The position numbers were made by a program, and so were the translations under genes. The notes beneath the pieces were generated by a model that had not been told where the DNA came from, did not search any database, and was given only the letters and a program-made list of their open reading frames with translations. DNA of 64,000 nt from Phaeosaccion multiseriatum (Eukaryota > Protista > Ochrophyta, other classes), in the NCBI GenBank assembly GCA_965112735.1, contig OZ218954.1, positions 4,216,001-4,280,000 on the forward strand. Direction: 5' to 3'. Positions 58,854 to 64,000 of the stretch are shown in pieces (position 1 is the stretch's first letter; every line of letters starts with the position of its first letter).

Positions 58854-61800
58854 CTGCGCTGCTGCTGCTGCCCCTGCTTCTGCTTTCTCCGCTTACCCTG
58901 CTGCTGCTTACGCTCTTTCTTGTCCTTGTTCTCCTGCTCCTTCCGCTCCTCCTCCTGCTGCTTGCTCGTGCCTGCGCCTCCTGCCTCAAAAAAGAGATAT
59001 TCTTGCCACGACTCGTGAATGGTGCGGGGGGGGTGCTTTCGGGCCTGTTTTTGCAGTTGGAAATGGGTCGGAATCTGCGGCCTCCTGAGCAGTTTCATCC
59101 CCAGAACCGACGAGAGGTCTCGGGGGTGGTGGTTGCCTTTCTTGTTGTTGCACTTATCACAAGAGGCGACGACGTTGTCCCATTGGTGCTTCCCTCCGCG
59201 CATTCTGGGCAGTACGTGGTCGAAGGAGAGGTTTGACTTTGTCTTGACCTCTGCACAGTATTGGCACTTGGTGCATTGGGGATTGGGAAACAAGACGGAG
59301 GGGAGGGAGGGAGGGAGGGAGGGAGGGGTGGGGAGGGAGGGAGGGGTGGGGAGGGAGGGGAGGGGAGGGGAGGGAGGGAGGGAGGGAGGGAGGGAGGGGA
59401 GGGGAGGGAGGGAGGGGAGGGGAGGGAGGGAGGGTGGGGGGGAGCGAGGGATGGAGAGGAAAAGGGAGGAATAAGGAAGACGTAACGAAGGGAGGGAGAG
59501 GGGGTCATGGTTTGCCTTGAATGCAGACCAAGAATAACAGAGAGGGAAGCGCCGACCCCGCCCCCTCACACTCACACACACCACCACCACCACCAACACC
59601 ACCACAACCACCAATACCAGCACTGCACCACCACCAGCACCACAACAGCGGGGAGAAGCAGGGAAGAAGAGGAGGCCAAACGGCGAAGGTCACGCAAACA
59701 CTCGCTCACGCACGCACGCACGTACGCACGCACGCACCCGATAGCCGTCGCGGAGAAACAGGTTGCGGCGGGTAAAGGCCGGGGTCTTGTGTCCTTTGTT
59801 GACATACTCCTTGAGGACGATGACAGATGGCAGCATAATCTCATGGGTAGTTGAGCGCACGGCCACCGGGTACGAGGCGAGCACATTGACTTTTGACAAC
59901 CACACAGCCTTAATGGCTTCTTGCCAGGGCCACACACTCAGGGGGAGGTAGCTCAGAGGCTGCATGTCAGCGTTGAGGACAAGCGTGGGAAGCTGCGGGG
60001 GGGAGAGGGAGGGAGAGGGAGGGAGGAGGATGGCAGTGGATGAACGGGGTGGGCAGAGGAGAGGAAGGAGGGGAGGGGAGGGAGGGAGGAAGGGGAGAGA
60101 GGAGGATGGCAGTGGATGAACGGGGTGGGCAGAGGAGAGGAAGGAGGGGAGGGGAGGGAGGGAGGAAGGGGAGGGAGGAGGATGGCAGTGGATGGACGGG
60201 GTGGGGAGAGAAGAGGAAGGAGGGCGTTGAGCGTGGGGGCTAGCTTCCTTCCTTCGATACGCAGTTAGGTACAGCAATTTAGGACACCACCCCTCACCCC
60301 TCACGCACCGAATTGAGCCTCGCCATCCGCTTCTGAAAGGTGTCTTCTTTGACTTGTGTGTAGAGGTCCAAAGTCGGGTCCACATCTCCCCCTGCTCCCC
60401 CTGCTCCTCCTCCTTTCCTTCTTCCTGCTCCTCCCCCTCGTCCTGCTCTTCCTCCTGCTGCTGTGGCGGTCGCCGTTGCCGTTCCCACTGCTGCTTGTGC
60501 TGCCTCCTCCTCCTCCGCCGCCCGCTGCTTCTGCTGCTGCTGCTCAAGGCTGTTCTGGTGGGCCGAAAAGAGCTCCCGAACTCGCTCAGAGTCACGCGCG
60601 TCCTCCTCCGCCCACTGCGAGCCGTAGGAGCTGCTGGCGACGACGTGTGTGACCACCCCGCCAACCGCTCGCTCTTCTCGCTGAAGCTCCCGGAGGTTGT
60701 CACCCCAGGCCTGAGTGTGGTACGCGTTGGCCGCCGCGGCTTTTGAGGGGGCCCCGGTGAGCTGCTTGGCGTTGTTCTTCTTATTATGGCGCTGCTGCTT
60801 TTTGTTCTTGCCCTGGCCCTTGCCGGATGGTGACGATGCTGCTGCTGCTGCTGTTGGCTCCGAGGCTTCTCTGTTGAAGCTGCTCAGCTTGTCTTGGTAG
60901 GTGAACTTCTTGCTCGATCTGAGTAGGAAAAAGGTTTGGTCGGGCCCAAGAGAGGGGAAGGAAGGAAGGAAGGAAGGAGGAACGAAGGAAGGAAGGAAGG
61001 AAGGAAGGAAGGAAGGAAGGAAGGAAGGAAGGAAGGAAGGAAGGAAGGAAGGAAGGAAGGAAGGAAGGAAGGAAAGAAGGAAGGAAGGGAAGGAACAATG
61101 AGGACGGCAAAGGCAAGAGGGAGAGGACGACGGGAGGCAACTGATGCCTCATAGCAGAGAAGACAATGGAACGCTATACTTAGAACATAATGAAGGGGCG
61201 GGGGAGCGATGCAGGCGGGTGGGTAGAGCGGAGAGGGGCTTTGCTTCTCGAACGTTACGACAGGAGCCGTACTTCGAACAACAGGAAATAAATAAAAAAA
61301 ATGCACAGCCATAGAGGGAGGTTCAAAGAGAATATACAGACTCGGCTGTTAGGTAGGGCTTCCCACGTGAGGCGAGGCACAAGCGCGAAGGAGTGGAGTG
61401 TTTCGACCATCAGAAAGAGGGAGGGAACGGGGTTGAGAAGGAGGTTGACACAAGTAAACAGCACAGCAATAGCAGCAGCAATACCAGCAACATCGCTACC
61501 AGACAGAAACTCACAAGGCCCTAAGAATAGGCACCGTCAGCGTGCAATAGAAGGCAGTCCTCCACACGATGGGTTTCAAAAAGAAGCGAGCAACAACCTT
61601 CGGGATCTCTCTCTCACCTCATCACCAGCTCCCCTCGCATCGCTCCGCGGCCGCTACCGCCGCTGCTGCCCCTGAAAGCGCTTCGAACTCCCGTCGATAG
61701 CAGCATTGAGCCAGCCGGGGCCACCGGGATGAACGCTGGGTGCATCGAGGAGCTGGAGAATCGAAGATTTTGACCCGCTCCAAGCGACGAGGTCAATCGG

Positions 61801-61865
61801 TCAAGCGCGAGAAGTGCGAGGAGGAGCGGCAGCGCGACAGGCCGTCTTCCAAGAGAGGGTATCAT
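58760..61865 (-). CDS. HNH endonuclease (McrA-like, bacterial type) with N-terminal signal peptide and low-complexity linker. Exons 61865-61618, (61520-61515), 60918-60309, 59992-59738, 59266-58760
   Basis: LVLNADMQPLSYLPLSVWPWQEAIKAV...LPSVIVLK...PAFTRRNLFLRDGYR-CQYC...LSFDHVLPRMRGGKHQWDNVVASCDKCNNKKG...IHESWQEYL. Hydrophobic N-terminus ALPLLLALLAL. Confidence 0.82.
60020..60220. repeat. Three roughly 65-80 bp units each carrying GGATGGCAGTGGATG, in an HNH-gene intron
   Basis: Direct reading. Confidence 0.75.
60958..61095. repeat. (GGAA)n microsatellite
   Basis: Direct reading; forms the polypyrimidine tract of the minus-strand intron. Confidence 0.9.
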
Positions 61866-62314
61866 TGGCTTCGTGGGAGGAGCTATATAGGATAGCGTTC
61901 GTTCTAAGGTACAACACAAAGTCGAAGTGTGCGGGGGTTCAAGAAAGGACAAATCGACAAGTGGAGTTTCAGTTTCGCAAGGGAGGGCTGGGCTCTTCTT
62001 CTGATATCGACCCTCGACATTCAACACCCCCTTCCTTTCCCTTCTTCTTCTTCCTCCCTCTTATATTATGATATGTACACCCCCCCTTTAGTCATGAGGA
62101 TAGAAGAGCTGCGGCCCGATCGCCGATTGTCAGTGAGTGAGCCACACGCTCACTCACTCAAGCAACTCACTCCCTCATCCCTCACACCCTCCCTCACTCC
62201 CTTCCATCCTAACTTAATAGCCTCTATGCTCTCTCTCTCTCTTATCTCCCTCTCGCCTCTCAGTATCTCTATGCACATCTCTTTCCTCCCTCCCTCCCTC
62301 TCTATCTCTCACTA

Positions 62315-64000
62315 TCAACAGCCCCGCTTTTTGGCATGCCCCTTCACTGGCGCCATACACCGTACACACTTGGCATTCAGTGCCCCCAATACATCCTCTG
62401 CGCAGCTCTCACAGGCCAGCACCTCACAGCGGCAGGGCGTAAAGCAGCGGGTGGCAGGAGCGTCCATGCAGATGCGGCAGTCAGAATCCACCACGAGAAT
62501 CTGTGAGTGTATGATGATGTGTAGAAGAGGGGTGGAATCAATTACGCAAGAGATTACGTAAGGGGGTAGAATAGGCAGGCAGCACAGGGGACGCAAGTGA
62601 CGGAGATTGTGCACAGTTTTGATTTCCTGTGAGCGTATCAATATTGGACACCACAAATGGAGTCGATATCAATTAGTACACAGCCTTCCGTCCCGATACC
62701 ACCCAGCCTCCTCACCCATATCCCTCTTACATCCTCTCTGGCCCATACGCTTCTGACTTACATCCAGTGTGCCGCGGATGCTTCTGGAGTCAGCAGGGGG
62801 GATGGAGAGGGGCGGGCTCCGGAGCTGTCCTTCTGAGAGCTGACGAGCGGCCTCCACACTCACCACGCCGTTTTTCTGCACAGGAAGTAAAAGGGGGGAG
62901 GGGGAGAAGAAATGGAGATAGAGAGGAAAGAGGATAGAAAGAGAGGGGGGGGGGTGGGGGGGACAGAGGAAAGGAAGTCAAGTGATACTCTTCCTCGTCC
63001 CCTCCCTCCCTCCCTCCCTCCCTCCCTCCCTCCCTTTCTCTCTCCCCCAGGCGCCCCTTCACTGACTTTCCAGGGGGAAGGTAGTCAAGTATCCCTCGCA
63101 CTTGATGCTCTCTCTACATCTCTCTCCCTGCACCTCTCTCTCTCCCCCTCTCTCTTTACCTCTCCCTCTCCCTCTGCCTCTCTCTCCCCTCCACCTCCTC
63201 TCCCTCCCTCCCTCCCTCCCTCCGTATCACCAACACACTCACCAAGAAGGTAGTCAAGTGCCCCTCGCAGTTGATGCCCTGCAGCACCTCTCTGAGAAGT
63301 TCCCAATCCCCAGAGTCCGCCACTGACGCCGCCCCCGCTGCAGGAGCAGCAGTTCGAGATGATGCGGCAGCAGCAACAACACTAGAAGCCCCTCCTGGAC
63401 CGTCCTGGGGAAGAGGGGAATGAGTGGTGAGAGAGGCAAGTGCGGAGGGGAGGACATTGGAGAGAGAGAGGCGAGAAAGCGGGGAGAAAGTGGAGAGGAA
63501 GAGAAGGAGAAAGTGGAGAGGAAGAGAGAGGGTGAGAGGCGGGTGTGGGGATGGGTGGGGTATATAGGTAAAGGCAGTGGGGAAGGGAAGGGAGGGGAGG
63601 GGTTGAATGAAGGGATGAACAAAGGAAGGAAGGAAGGAAGGAAGGAAGGAAGGAGGCACCTCCCTCTCCCTCTCCTTCCACTGCCATGCCGACGCACCAC
63701 GAGCATGGCCTCCCATTTGATGTCCATCCTGCCTGCAAGCTCCTTGACCACCTCAACGCAGTTGAACTTGTTGGCCTTGAGCACAGACGTCACCTCGTCT
63801 GACCACATACATACACACATACGCACAGAGAGAGAGAGAGGGAAAGAGAAAGACGAGACAGACGAGGAGACCAACGCACATACAAAGATAGAGAGAGCGG
63901 GAGAGACAGAGAGAAGCAGACCCGTGCATACACCCACACACGTATAAAGAGAGAGAAGAGTGTAAGCCATACGCACGGGACGGAGGACGCATGACTTGTC
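62315..64000 (-). CDS. SAM-like domain plus C-terminal RING finger protein, 3' part. Exons about 64000-63977, 63798-63698, 63404-63243, 62875-62762, 62500-62315
   Basis: LREVLQGINCEGHLTTFL-KNGVVSVEAARQLSEGQL...SIPPADSRSI is SAM-like. CRICMDAPATRCFTPCRCEVLACESCA...CVRC has RING spacing. Confidence 0.7.

Noticed and set aside
27855-59269. Several AAG 3' splice sites (27857, 31945, 33875, 52119, 52543, 52744, 59267)
   Set aside because: A minority of the predicted introns and not clearly above normal eukaryotic usage without genome-wide counts.
58760-59992. HNH as a mobile homing endonuclease or transposon gene
   Set aside because: It has spliceosomal introns and a targeting peptide, with no flanking element ends or host intron.
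189-63976. Introner-type mobile intron family
   Set aside because: Introns share only short motifs; their bodies and lengths are not alignable as copies of one element.

Overview
Gene-dense, intron-rich eukaryotic nuclear DNA, most likely from an ochrophyte (a stramenopile alga with a complex red plastid). This rests on an Omp85 protein with a bipartite signal peptide plus 'SS-FQAP' presequence, and on a 7TM-RGS gene. By reading splice sites and frames by hand I reconstructed 13 protein-coding genes: an FN3-repeat protein (3' part); three intronless ankyrin + BTB-like paralogs; a giant helical protein with 54-aa repeats; TARBP1/Trm3; 7TM-RGS; a C2H2-like + ankyrin protein; mitochondrial mL49; CCDC6-like; plastid Omp85; an HNH nuclease; and a SAM + RING protein (3' part). 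Main observations: (1) the ankyrin-BTB paralogs vary almost only at the ankyrin target-binding positions while the BTB-like tail is near-identical, suggesting a diversifying receptor or ubiquitin-ligase adaptor family; (2) intron motifs are strand-polarised, with reverse-complementary partners at the 5' and 3' ends; (3) a 15-bp element (ACAGCAGTTGGTGAT) is scattered through unrelated exons in several frames and both orientations; (4) several introns carry copies of the neighbouring exon, consistent with intron gain by tandem duplication; (5) there is a probable GA-AG intron and a possible 6-nt micro-exon. No rRNA, tRNA, CRISPR array, transposase or reverse transcriptase was found. All exon structures are manual predictions without transcript evidence.
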